This document shows positions 53,977-63,637 of a stretch of DNA of 64,000 nucleotides, piece by piece. Made by a program: the position numbers and the translations under genes. The stretch lies in the NCBI GenBank assembly GCA_937874465.1, contig CALNAX010000016.1, positions 8,992 to 72,991 of the forward strand, in the 5' to 3' direction. This DNA is from an uncultured Bacillales bacterium (GTDB lineage: Bacteria; Bacillota_I; Bacilli_A; RFN20; CAG-288). The notes beneath the pieces were generated by a model. That model was not told the origin of the DNA. It was given only the letters and a program-made list of their open reading frames with translations, and did no database searches. How positions within the stretch are numbered: the stretch's first letter is position 1; the number at the start of each line of letters is the position of its first letter.

Positions 53977-55791
53977 TCAACTTTTTTTGTACCCTGCGGC
54001 CCTGTCCATCATTTCCTGCTGGATCTTGAGGGATTGGATCTTCTCGAACACTCTCATTGCCGATTTCGAATCGGTAAGTTGTGCTATTTCGCCTTCGGTG
54101 GCGTTAAGCAAAGATTCCATGGTAGGGTACGCATCCAGCAGTCGCTCCTTCTTCTTGAGGCCGATGCCCGGAATGTCGTCGAAGAAAGAGGTGAATAAGG
54201 ATTTGGCCCTCTTGCCCCTATGTACCGTAATGGCGTAGCGGTGAACTTCATCCTGCATCCTCATGAGCAAGAAGAACAAAGGCGAACGCCGATCCAGGGG
54301 AATCAGCTCCCCGGTATCGCCATCCATCAAGGAATTGGTCTCGTGTTTGTCGTTCTTGACCAGGCCTGCCAACTTGACGCCCTTGATTCCCGATGATGAT
54401 ATAGCCTCTCTTGCCGCTTCCACCTGCGTAATTCCACCATCGACAATTATCAAATCAGGTGGCTTCAATTGATCATGAACAATCCTGGCACATCTACGGA
54501 AAATGACTTCCTTCATAGAAGCCATATCATCCGCCTTGTTCGGCTGGTGGATATTGAATCTCCGGTAAAGCTCTTTGGCCGGCTTCCCGTTCACGAAGGT
54601 CACCATTCCTCCCACGGCATCCTGGCCTTGGGTATGGGCGTTATCGAAAAGCTCGATTTCCAAAGGCGGTCTGTCCATATTCAATTTGTTCTGCAATACC
54701 GTCAGCAAATCGAAGACGTTGTCTTCCAAGCGGGCGGTCATGAAGTGTTGGTCCAAACCTGCCTTGGCATTGTCCAAGGCCATCAGAAGCAAGTCCTTCT
54801 TGAGACCCCTCACCGGAACGGTTATGGTGATGTCCAAAGCCTCTGACAAGGCTTGGCTTATCTCCTTGTCCGCCAAGATCAACTCCTTGGGCTTGGGATG
54901 ATTTACGTAGAACTGGCATATTGCCGATTGAATCTCCTCCCCCAAATCCTCGCTTATTTCATCTACGTATAAGTTCTTTCCCAAAAGGATTCCCTTCCGG
55001 TACAGAAGGAAGATCATGGCAACATATCCTTCCCTTACCGAATAGGCGAAGACATCGCGATCGATTCGATCCTTCATCATGATCTTTTGCGACGATGTGG
55101 TACTTTCTATGTCCTGGATTTTCTCTTTGAACTCTTCGGCGCGTTCAAAGTCCAACGCCGCTGCGGCCTTTTCCATCTGCTCTTTGTAGCGGTAGATTAC
55201 GTCGGAAGTGTCCCCATTAAGGAAGGCGTAGACCTTCTTGCGAATGAATTCGGGGTCCATCTTCCCCTCTTTTTGGGCGTCGGGATACATAAGCTGATGC
55301 AAGTACCAATACAGGTTCGGCCTACCGCTATGGACATCAGCTTCCATTATTGGATAGACCATGTTCAGGATGTTGATTACCTTGTATGCCGCACCGGAGT
55401 TTGGATAAGGACCAAAGTAATCGTAATGGCGATCGTTAGGCTTATGGGCAATCTTCAGCGAAGGCATACCACCCTTCTTGACGGCAATGTAGGGATACAT
55501 CATGCCATCCTTCAGCAGGATGTTGAATTTGGGATAGTATTTTTGGATGAGGTTTATTTCAAGGAGGAGGGCCTCTTTTTCGGAGTTGGTCTCAATGGTA
55601 TCGAAATCGGTGATTTCCGTTACCATCTTTGCAACTTTACCGAATTGAGGTCGGGTGAAATATTGTTTCACCCTCTTGACCAGTGATTTCGCCTTGCCCA
55701 CGTAGATGATGGTGCCGTTCCTGTCTTTCATCTGATAGGAACCTGGCCTATCGGGCAGCAGTGCTATTTTCTTTTTAAGTATCTCGTTCAT
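53977..55791 (-). CDS. uvrC: Excinuclease ABC subunit C
   Basis: 604 aa. N-terminal GIY-YIG (PGSYQMKDRNGTIIYVGKAKSLVKRV), UVR domain, C-terminal endonuclease and HhH. Confidence 0.95.
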   Translation of the reverse strand: MNEILKKKIALLPDRPGSYQMKDRNGTIIYVGKAKSLVKRVKQYFTRPQFGKVAKMVTEITDFDTIETNSEKEALLLEINLIQKYYPKFNILLKDGMMYPYIAVKKGGMPSLKIAHKPNDRHYDYFGPYPNSGAAYKVINILNMVYPIMEADVHSGRPNLYWYLHQLMYPDAQKEGKMDPEFIRKKVYAFLNGDTSDVIYRYKEQMEKAAAALDFERAEEFKEKIQDIESTTSSQKIMMKDRIDRDVFAYSVREGYVAMIFLLYRKGILLGKNLYVDEISEDLGEEIQSAICQFYVNHPKPKELILADKEISQALSEALDITITVPVRGLKKDLLLMALDNAKAGLDQHFMTARLEDNVFDLLTVLQNKLNMDRPPLEIELFDNAHTQGQDAVGGMVTFVNGKPAKELYRRFNIHQPNKADDMASMKEVIFRRCARIVHDQLKPPDLIIVDGGITQVEAAREAISSSGIKGVKLAGLVKNDKHETNSLMDGDTGELIPLDRRSPLFFLLMRMQDEVHRYAITVHRGKRAKSLFTSFFDDIPGIGLKKKERLLDAYPTMESLLNATEGEIAQLTDSKSAMRVFEKIQSLKIQQEMMDRAAGYKKS

Positions 55792-55800
55792 TGCAGAAGA

Positions 55801-58119
55801 TCATTTAAGGATGACTACGGTGGCTCCCAAAGCGCCTTCGCCTTCCCCGCCTTCCCTGAAGGATTTCACGAATTTCAATCTCTTTAGATGATCCCATATT
55901 CCGTTTCTCAAGGCAAAGGTTCCCATACCATGGACTATGGTAACCTGCTTGATGTTGGCGACAAGGGCATCGTCGAGGAACTTGTCAACTTCTGGTAAAG
56001 CCTCAAAGACGGTCATTCCAATGACATTGAGCCTGCTTGATCCTTTAGAAGCACGCCCCAAAAGCTCTTGGTCTATGTTATTCGACTGACTTTGAACTGG
56101 TGGCAGACTTGCGGCATCGCTCCTCCTAAGATCGGCCAAAGGAACGGTCATGGAGAGGCCATTGTACAGGAAAGTGGCCTTCTTTGTACCTATGGATTCT
56201 ACCTTTCCGACCATGTCTTGATAGACGACTATATCTCCTTCCTTGATCTTTTCCATGACATTACCGTATTCGTCGGTGCCTTCATCTACTAACCCTCCTT
56301 CTCTTCTCAGTTCGCCTTTGATTTTGCTTCTTTGATTGAAGGGGAGGGTCTTTTTGTTCCCCTGCGACCAAAGTCTGTCCAATTCAGCGATGCGATCTTC
56401 CGCGGCCTTGGCGATTTTAACTTCGGCCCCCTTGCGTATGCCCTCTTTGGCATCTTCCAGTTCCTTTTCCTCTTTGGCTCTTCTCCTCAGCAGTTCGTTT
56501 GCGCTTGCGAGCTTCTCCTCCAAGCCTTTCTCAAGGGCATTTACCGTTTGGATCTTTTGGGTTAATTCCTGCTCCAGTTTCTCGGAGTCGAATCTCTTTT
56601 GGCTCTCCTTGAATTCCCTTGCGGTATCGAGCAGCTCGCTTGCCATACCGGCCTTCTTTGCGACTTCGAAGGCATAGGAGTTACCTACGGCTCCAGACAT
56701 GAACCTAAAGGAGGGGCTTAGCGTTTCCTTGGAGAACTCCATGGCGCCGGACATTATGTTCGAATCGGTCAGGGCCATCTTTTTCAAGCCATCGTAATGG
56801 GTCGTGAAGATACCGAAGGCACCTATGTTTTCCATATGCTTTATGAAGGCATAGCCAATTGCCTCCCCATCCTCTGGTGAGGTTCCCTGCCCTATCTCGT
56901 CAACAAGTACCAATGATTTAGAAGTAGCCTCCTTGTACATCTGGTTTAGCCCCTTCAGATGGCCGGAGAAAGACGAGAGATTGCCGGAAAGGGACTCGCT
57001 ATCGCCAGTGAGGACAAAGATGTTGTCGAAAATAGGCATTGACACGTATCCCCTGGCAGGGACCAAAAGCCCGATTTGATTCATGTAAGCGGCCAAGGCT
57101 ATCGATTTCAGGAGCACCGATTTTCCACCTGCATTTGGTCCGGAAACAATCAGGATCTTAGGCTTTCCGTTGCCCATTTGGATTGAATTGGGGACGGCTT
57201 TGTCCAAGCTGATCAAGGGATGGATGAAATTGGTTATCCTCAACTCGTTGGCGGATATCTCAGCCAATGAACCATCGTACGTGGAACCGAACGAAACCTT
57301 TGCCACATAAGAGTCCAGGAGGTTATAGGAATAATAGTTTCGCGACAAAGCCGAAAGCCTTGCGGCGAAGGCCTTCGACAGGGCACTAATTATTCGGTCG
57401 ATTTCGCTAATCTCGTCTCCCTTTAGTTTCTCCTTCTTGTTCTCGTATTCCAAAAGGTCGTAAGGTATAACGAACAAGGTCTGGCCCGAAGAGGAATGGT
57501 CGACCGTGATTCCGGGCACTTGGCCTCTATATGGTGCTTTCACTGCCAAGGTGAGGGCCCCGTTTCTCAACACTGGATCGGGGAGCTCGAGGTAATCCTT
57601 GTATTTGGTCCTGATATGCGAAAAGACCGCCCCCTCTTTTGCGGTGAGATCCTTTAGTTCCTTCCTTATCGACATGAGGGTACCAGACGCTGTATCCAAG
57701 ACTTCCCCATCGGGTGAGAAGGTATTGTCTAGCTGACGCAGCATATCCGGCATGTTAACGATGTCAAGCGCGACATCCTTTAGTGATGGATAGGAGTTCG
57801 TTGTTGCGAATTTGTCCCATAGATCATTGCAGGCTACTATAAGGGCATGCAGGCCCAACAATTCCCCTACTTCTAGACTTACGCCTTTTTCGAGTTTCTT
57901 CATCGCCAGGGAAAGGTCGGGTACAGGCAAAAGATCAGGGCTCTTGCCGCTTTCGGAAAAGGCCATTATCTCCCTAAGGAAAACATGATCCTTGGCAATC
58001 TTACGTGAATCAGCGGACAGAGCTACCAGTGATTGGTCCGTGACGTTGAATCCACTCTTAAAGTAATCCTTTAGCGATTCCTTTATTTGATTCAACTCGC
58101 CTGCGATTTGTCTATCCAT
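55801..58119 (-). CDS. mutS2: Endonuclease MutS2
   Basis: 772 aa. Walker A GPNAGGKS, DEIGQGTSP, C-terminal Smr domain (VTIVHGMGTFALRNGI). Confidence 0.95.
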   Translation of the reverse strand: MDRQIAGELNQIKESLKDYFKSGFNVTDQSLVALSADSRKIAKDHVFLREIMAFSESGKSPDLLPVPDLSLAMKKLEKGVSLEVGELLGLHALIVACNDLWDKFATTNSYPSLKDVALDIVNMPDMLRQLDNTFSPDGEVLDTASGTLMSIRKELKDLTAKEGAVFSHIRTKYKDYLELPDPVLRNGALTLAVKAPYRGQVPGITVDHSSSGQTLFVIPYDLLEYENKKEKLKGDEISEIDRIISALSKAFAARLSALSRNYYSYNLLDSYVAKVSFGSTYDGSLAEISANELRITNFIHPLISLDKAVPNSIQMGNGKPKILIVSGPNAGGKSVLLKSIALAAYMNQIGLLVPARGYVSMPIFDNIFVLTGDSESLSGNLSSFSGHLKGLNQMYKEATSKSLVLVDEIGQGTSPEDGEAIGYAFIKHMENIGAFGIFTTHYDGLKKMALTDSNIMSGAMEFSKETLSPSFRFMSGAVGNSYAFEVAKKAGMASELLDTAREFKESQKRFDSEKLEQELTQKIQTVNALEKGLEEKLASANELLRRRAKEEKELEDAKEGIRKGAEVKIAKAAEDRIAELDRLWSQGNKKTLPFNQRSKIKGELRREGGLVDEGTDEYGNVMEKIKEGDIVVYQDMVGKVESIGTKKATFLYNGLSMTVPLADLRRSDAASLPPVQSQSNNIDQELLGRASKGSSRLNVIGMTVFEALPEVDKFLDDALVANIKQVTIVHGMGTFALRNGIWDHLKRLKFVKSFREGGEGEGALGATVVILK

Positions 58120-58228
58120 TTGAACTTATCCTGTGAGCCATATTATCTATTATCGCCTTTAGCCATCAAAGTTAACTTATCTTGCTTGATTTTCTTTCTC
58201 TTCCCTTTTTGATATATCCTTAAGCACG

Positions 58229-59140
58229 ATGGATATTGCAAAAATCAAAGCCGACCGGGCAAAGGTCGATGAAATAATGGAATTCTATGGGGTGAGGCCT
58301 TTGAACAACCCCCATAGGCCCTATGACCTTTTCCAGACTACCACCGGTGACGGGGTGGAAGTAAAGGGATATCGGACCAAAAGCCCGGATTCCTTTACCG
58401 TTGTCTTTATGGGCGGACATGGCAATGCCCTATTGGAGGCGCAGACCTTCGAGAAGAACGCCAAGGCCATCGTTCGGACAGGATCCGGTAATTACGACGA
58501 CATCGGCGAGCAGATTGGCTCCGATGAGGTGGGCGTCGGGGATTTCTTCGGGCCGATGGTGGTAACGGCCACTTACTTCCTCCCTTCCGAGATGGGACTT
58601 CTAAAGCAATTGGGGGTGAAGGATTCAAAGAAGTTGACGGATGCCCACATGCTTTACATCGGCAAGCGCCTTTGCAACGGGATTAAGCATTACACCGTCT
58701 TGTGTTCGGCAAACAAAGTGGATTCCTACATCTCCAAAGGCTTCTCCACTCATTGGCTATTGGCAAGGCTTCATAACCTGGCTCACTCGAAACTGGAGGA
58801 GAAGTATGGCATCTCCAATGCAGTGACGGTCTTCGTCGATCAATTCGAGCGTGAAGGACTTTATCGAAAATACGTTGGGTCGGCCATAATAAGGAATCCC
58901 ATCATATTCAAGACGAAGGGCGAGAGCCACTATCCCTCCGTTGCCGCCGCATCCGTAATAGCCAGATACGAATTCCTCGAATACTGGGAAAAGATGGAGA
59001 AAGAGTTGGGCATGATAATCCCCAAGGGCGCAGGGCCGGATGTCGATGATGCCTATCACAGGTGCGTTGAGATAAACGGGAGTGCCAAGGCCGCCAAATA
59101 CGTCAAGAGGTTTTTCAGGAATTACCGAATTCCACGTTGA
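58229..59140 (+). CDS. rnhC: Ribonuclease HIII
   Basis: 303 aa. N-terminal RNase HIII-specific domain plus an RNase HII-fold core with GSDEVGVGDFFGP. Confidence 0.85.
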   Translation: MDIAKIKADRAKVDEIMEFYGVRPLNNPHRPYDLFQTTTGDGVEVKGYRTKSPDSFTVVFMGGHGNALLEAQTFEKNAKAIVRTGSGNYDDIGEQIGSDEVGVGDFFGPMVVTATYFLPSEMGLLKQLGVKDSKKLTDAHMLYIGKRLCNGIKHYTVLCSANKVDSYISKGFSTHWLLARLHNLAHSKLEEKYGISNAVTVFVDQFEREGLYRKYVGSAIIRNPIIFKTKGESHYPSVAAASVIARYEFLEYWEKMEKELGMIIPKGAGPDVDDAYHRCVEINGSAKAAKYVKRFFRNYRIPR

Positions 59141-60068
59141 TCTTCTCTAGGTATGAAGGATTGAAGACCCTTATCGCATCGATAAAGTAGTCATCGGGTC
59201 TGGCGATGAAGGTCATCTTCCTGTTTGTCATCGGGTGAGTGAAGGTGATGCGGAAGGCGTGCAGCAGTTGCCCCGACTCAAAGCGATGATCCACCTTGTC
59301 GCAATATAGTTTGTCACCGATGATCGGATGACCTATATATGCCAAATGAGCCCTTATCTGGTGTGTCCTACCAGTTTCCAACTTGCACTTTACCAGACTG
59401 GCTCCATTTGCGAACCACAGTTTCTCGAAGTGGGTAACCGCTACCAGGCCCTTTGGACTTGGCATGGCCTTGTGTTGGGAATGGTTGGGCTTAAGCAAGG
59501 GGACATCTATCGTGAAACGATCCTCGTTTGCGTCTCCTTCGCAAATGGCGAGGTATTCCCTGTCGACTCGGTGTTCCCTGATCTGAGTCTGCAAAGCCCT
59601 TTCGGCATCAGTAGTCTTCGCTACCAAAAGGAGACCGGAAGTATCTTTGTCGAGGCGGTGGACGATCCCTGGACGCCCTCCGGCCATCTCCTCCTCGTCG
59701 AATTCGAACTCGTCTTTCAGGGTGACAAGATAATTGACCAAAGTATCGGCATAATGCCCGGTAGCAGTATGGACCACGAGTCCCCGTGGCTTGTTCAATA
59801 CCATGAGGTATTTGTCCTCGAAGACGATGCTTACTTTTATGTTTGGGTTGGGTATTATCGTCGAGGGTTCTTGCTCTAGCGGTACATAGGAAACCTCTTG
59901 GTTGGCCAAGACCCTAAAAGAAGGCTTTTGGCATATCTTCCCGCCGATTGTCACCCCCTTCTCGATCAACTCCTGAGCCTTGTTTCGGGATATGGACAAA
60001 GAAGCGGCCAAGGCCGAATCAAGCCTTCCACCTATTTCGAGAACAATAGTCTTCTCATTTTTCGCCAT
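59115..60068 (-). CDS. rluD: RluA-family 23S rRNA pseudouridine synthase (RluD-like, lspA-linked)
   Basis: S4 domain (RLDSALAASLSISRNKAQELIEKG) and catalytic HRLDKDTSGLLL. Start placed at MAKNEKTIVLE (60068), which overlaps the lspA 3-prime end. The start is uncertain. Confidence 0.85.
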   Translation of the reverse strand: MAKNEKTIVLEIGGRLDSALAASLSISRNKAQELIEKGVTIGGKICQKPSFRVLANQEVSYVPLEQEPSTIIPNPNIKVSIVFEDKYLMVLNKPRGLVVHTATGHYADTLVNYLVTLKDEFEFDEEEMAGGRPGIVHRLDKDTSGLLLVAKTTDAERALQTQIREHRVDREYLAICEGDANEDRFTIDVPLLKPNHSQHKAMPSPKGLVAVTHFEKLWFANGASLVKCKLETGRTHQIRAHLAYIGHPIIGDKLYCDKVDHRFESGQLLHAFRITFTHPMTNRKMTFIARPDDYFIDAIRVFNPSYLEKINVEFGNS

Positions 60069-60777
60069 CGTTTCCATCGCCCTTCTTTGAGTTGTTGAGA
60101 CTGTCTTTGAGATCCTTGAGCTCATCGGCATCATCTTTGGCCTTTCCCGTCTTTGCCTTGCTTTCCTTGGCTCTGGATACCGCCTCTTTCTCTTCCTTGC
60201 TTTGGTCGATCGAAGACAGGATCAGGGAAACCAATAGCAAAACCAAGCCGAACGAAAGGAAGACATCAGCCAAATTGCAAATATAGGAAAGACCTGTTGG
60301 CCAATCGTCGTTTCCCACGGCAATCCAATCGATGACGCCATTCGGATAGAAGGCCCTGTCGATGAAATTGCCAAAATCACCGGCTATTATCAGGTAAAGG
60401 GCATAGCGAAGATGCCATGGTTTGCGCTCGAAATGGTATGACAGGTACACGACCAAGACCAATCCGACAATCACGGAGACTGCCGTGAAGAAAGGCCGTA
60501 GCTGCGGGAATTTGCCAAAGCTTATCCCCTCGTTGTAGACGAGTCCGATTCCCAGGATGTTCTTGCCGTTCCCATACCACAAAAGGGAGAGAGTGGCCCC
60601 ATTCGTCTCCTCTCCGCCGTAGTAGGCCTCTAGGCCAAGCTTTGTCCCCAGATCCAAAAAGAAGAGCACGAAAACAAGCCAACCCCCATGAAGGAGAAAA
60701 TACGCAAAGTTGTATGGTAGTTTCCTAAACCACTCCTTGACTGAAGATTTTATCTTCTCGCCGGTTCCACTTTTCAT
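60055..60777 (-). CDS. lspA: Lipoprotein signal peptidase II with a charged C-terminal tail
   Basis: LspA motifs NEGISFG, AGDFGNFIDR, VIDWI, NLADVF. ATGA overlap with ileS. About 45-aa K/E/D-rich C-terminus. Confidence 0.85.
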   Translation of the reverse strand: MKSGTGEKIKSSVKEWFRKLPYNFAYFLLHGGWLVFVLFFLDLGTKLGLEAYYGGEETNGATLSLLWYGNGKNILGIGLVYNEGISFGKFPQLRPFFTAVSVIVGLVLVVYLSYHFERKPWHLRYALYLIIAGDFGNFIDRAFYPNGVIDWIAVGNDDWPTGLSYICNLADVFLSFGLVLLLVSLILSSIDQSKEEKEAVSRAKESKAKTGKAKDDADELKDLKDSLNNSKKGDGNDGEK

Positions 60778-63551
60778 TTTCCCTCCGGCTCTTCGACATC
60801 AGGGTGCGCAGCGACGTATTTCTCAAAGGCTTTCAGGCAGCGTGGGCAGAAATTGCCTTCCTCATTGGCCGTTATGTCTTCGAAATAGTTCCAGCAACGG
60901 TCGCATTTGGTACCTTTGGCCTTTGTGACCGCAAACCCATTTCCGGATTTGCTGACCGTTACCTTGGAGAAGCCCAAAAGGCGGGCGAGTTCCTTCTTGT
61001 CCATCTCGTCGAAAAGGGGCTTGTATTCGTCATTGGAATCGTCGATATCCAGATAGCCTTCGTTCGCTCCCTTGATTACGTTGTTTGCCCTTGCAGCCTC
61101 TAGCGCCTTGTTGGATGTGTCGCGAAGCTTTTGGAACAGCATGTACAAAGTGTCTAGTTTGCTGTCTTGGCCCTCGAATGAGGGGAACCTCTCCAAAGCC
61201 ACGTTTTCCAACTTTGATCCAGGAAGGTTTTGATATACCTCATCGGCGGTAAAGAAAAGAATCGGTGAATAGAGGATGGCTAGACTCTTGGTTAGCTGGT
61301 ACATGACGTATTGTATTCCCTTTCGGCGCAAGGTGTCAGGCTCATCGCAATAGAGTACATCCTTGGCGACGTCCAGATAGAAGCCGGACAGATCGTTTAC
61401 CAAGAAGTTGATCAGGGTGGTGCTTACCGACAAGAAGTCGTAGTTGTCGTAGCCTTCCTTGACCTTCTGTACCACCTTCTTGAGTTTGTTCAGGATCATC
61501 TTGTCGGCTAGGGAAAGCTCGTAGCGATCCTTGAGTGGGTCGAAGGAACTGGTCTCGGAATCATGGAGATTGGCAAGCATGAACTTGAAGGTATTACGGA
61601 TCTTCCGATATTGATCGGCAACGGATTTCAAAAGATCTTGGGTCAACGTAATGTCTGCGGTGGTGTAATCGATCGAGGCGACCCAAAGCCTGAAAACATC
61701 AGCACCATACGTATTGCATATGGCCTCGGGATATATCCCGTTCTTCTTGGACTTGGAGAATTTCTGCCCATTTTGGTCAACTATGAATCCATTGGTTACG
61801 ATTTTCTTGAAAGGAGTCTTGCCGTTAACGGCCACGGAAAGAATCAACGAGGCGTTATACCAGCCCCGATATTGATCATTGCCTTCAAGGTACAGATCGG
61901 CAGGATAAGGCAGACCTCTAGCCACTTCCGCACCTAACCAGGATGAGCCGGAATCAAACCAGACATCCATGATGTCCTGCTCTTTGGTGAACTTGCCATC
62001 GGGTGAATGAGAGTTGACGTAGCCCTCGGGCAAGAAGTATTCGGCCGGTTTCTCATACCAAATGTTAGAGCCGTGTAGCTTAATCTCTTCGATTATCTTG
62101 GCAAACACTGCCTTGTCTGTAACTGGCTTACCATCTTGACAATAAATAATCGGAATTGGCACACCCCATGCCCTTTGACGAGAAATGCACCAATCGGATC
62201 GGCCTTCGATCATGTTCCTGAGCCTTACCTTGCCCCAGGAGGGAACGTAGCTTACTTTATCCAGCTCTTCTACCAACTCCTTGCGAATAGGCTCAAGAGA
62301 GCAAAACCATTGTGGTGCAGTACGGAAAATCAAGGGTTTGCCGTTACGGGCATCGATAGGATAGGAATGTATGATGTCTTTCTCTTTAAGCAATGCCCCC
62401 GTCTCGACCAACATCTGAATTACGACGTCATTAGCCTTTTCGTAGAAAAGACCACTGAGTCTTTCGCCAACCTCTGGCGTAAGGTGACCTTTTGAATCGA
62501 TCGGGCAATAAGGCTTCAAACCATACTTTATGCCCACGTTGTAATCGTCTTCGCCGAGTCCCGGCGCCGTGTGGACGCAGCCGGTTCCTTCCTCGGCAGT
62601 AACATGCTTACCAAGGATTACGATTGAATCCCTGTCATAGAAGGGATGACGGCAAATGACGCCTTCAAGCTGCCTTCCTTTGTAAATGGATACCAGGGAG
62701 ACATTGGTAAGGCCCAGTTCACCAACCAATTTTTCCTCAAGCGAGGTAAGGAAAATCAAGCGGCCTTGATCGGTCTTGAAAAGGCCATATTCGAGATCGG
62801 GGTTGAGGCAGATGGCCAAGTTCGAAGGAATGGTCCAGGGAGTAGTGGTCCAAATTACGAGGGCATCCCCCTCCTTGAGATCCAACACGGGTTTCTTTAC
62901 CCTGAATCTGACAAAGATCGATTTGGCCGGAAGGTTTTGGTATTCGATATCGGCTTGGGCTACTGCGGTTTCGGAAATCGGTGACCAGTGGACCGGTTTC
63001 AATCCTCGATAAATCAAACCACGCTCGTACATTTTTGCAAAGATGCTAACTTCGTTTGCTTCGTATTCCGGGTCTAATGTTATGTATGGCTTCTCATAGT
63101 GACCCAAAAGGCCTATCCTAAGGGCCTGGCCCTTTTGGTGGGCAACTTGCTTCAAGGCGTAATCACGGCATATTGCCCTGAAAGAAGCTATGGACATGGA
63201 ATGCCTGTCTACGCCTGATTTAGTGACTTCGTTCTCGATAGGCAGTCCGTGGGTGTCCCATCCGGGGACGAAATCGCAATGGTAACCTTCCAACGTCTTG
63301 GAGCGAATAATTATGTCCTTCAAAACCATGTTAAGGCCATGGCCGGCATGTAGATCGCCGTTGGCATAGGGGGGGCCGTCATGCAAATAGAACTCGCGGC
63401 CTTGTGCTGTTGCTTCCAACATCTTGAAATACAACCCGTTTTTGTTGCATCTTTCGATATATGCCGGCTCTCTCTCGGGTAATTTCCCGCGCATTTCGAA
63501 GGTGCCTTTCGGCATAATCAATGTTTTGCTGATTTTCATTATCGAAGCCAT
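60774..63551 (-). CDS. ileS: Isoleucine--tRNA ligase
   Basis: 925 aa. HIGH-type HAGHGLN, KMSKS-type KFSKSKKN, CP1 editing domain, C-terminal zinc finger CDRCWNY..CPRC. An alternative start lies 4 codons downstream. Confidence 0.95.
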   Translation of the reverse strand: MASIMKISKTLIMPKGTFEMRGKLPEREPAYIERCNKNGLYFKMLEATAQGREFYLHDGPPYANGDLHAGHGLNMVLKDIIIRSKTLEGYHCDFVPGWDTHGLPIENEVTKSGVDRHSMSIASFRAICRDYALKQVAHQKGQALRIGLLGHYEKPYITLDPEYEANEVSIFAKMYERGLIYRGLKPVHWSPISETAVAQADIEYQNLPAKSIFVRFRVKKPVLDLKEGDALVIWTTTPWTIPSNLAICLNPDLEYGLFKTDQGRLIFLTSLEEKLVGELGLTNVSLVSIYKGRQLEGVICRHPFYDRDSIVILGKHVTAEEGTGCVHTAPGLGEDDYNVGIKYGLKPYCPIDSKGHLTPEVGERLSGLFYEKANDVVIQMLVETGALLKEKDIIHSYPIDARNGKPLIFRTAPQWFCSLEPIRKELVEELDKVSYVPSWGKVRLRNMIEGRSDWCISRQRAWGVPIPIIYCQDGKPVTDKAVFAKIIEEIKLHGSNIWYEKPAEYFLPEGYVNSHSPDGKFTKEQDIMDVWFDSGSSWLGAEVARGLPYPADLYLEGNDQYRGWYNASLILSVAVNGKTPFKKIVTNGFIVDQNGQKFSKSKKNGIYPEAICNTYGADVFRLWVASIDYTTADITLTQDLLKSVADQYRKIRNTFKFMLANLHDSETSSFDPLKDRYELSLADKMILNKLKKVVQKVKEGYDNYDFLSVSTTLINFLVNDLSGFYLDVAKDVLYCDEPDTLRRKGIQYVMYQLTKSLAILYSPILFFTADEVYQNLPGSKLENVALERFPSFEGQDSKLDTLYMLFQKLRDTSNKALEAARANNVIKGANEGYLDIDDSNDEYKPLFDEMDKKELARLLGFSKVTVSKSGNGFAVTKAKGTKCDRCWNYFEDITANEEGNFCPRCLKAFEKYVAAHPDVEEPEGK

Positions 63552-63597
63552 GTCCTCTCGGTTTTAGCGTAAAAAAAGCGATTTATATTGCCATAAA

Positions 63598-63626
63598 AGT
63601 ATATATGTACCTAGACTACCTTTCAA
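63598..63626 (-). promoter_or_regulatory. Candidate promoter of ileS-lspA-rluD
   Basis: Minus strand: TTGAAA - 17 nt - TATACT, about 45 nt upstream of the ileS ATG. Confidence 0.45.
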
Positions 63627-63637
63627 CCGACCGAAAC

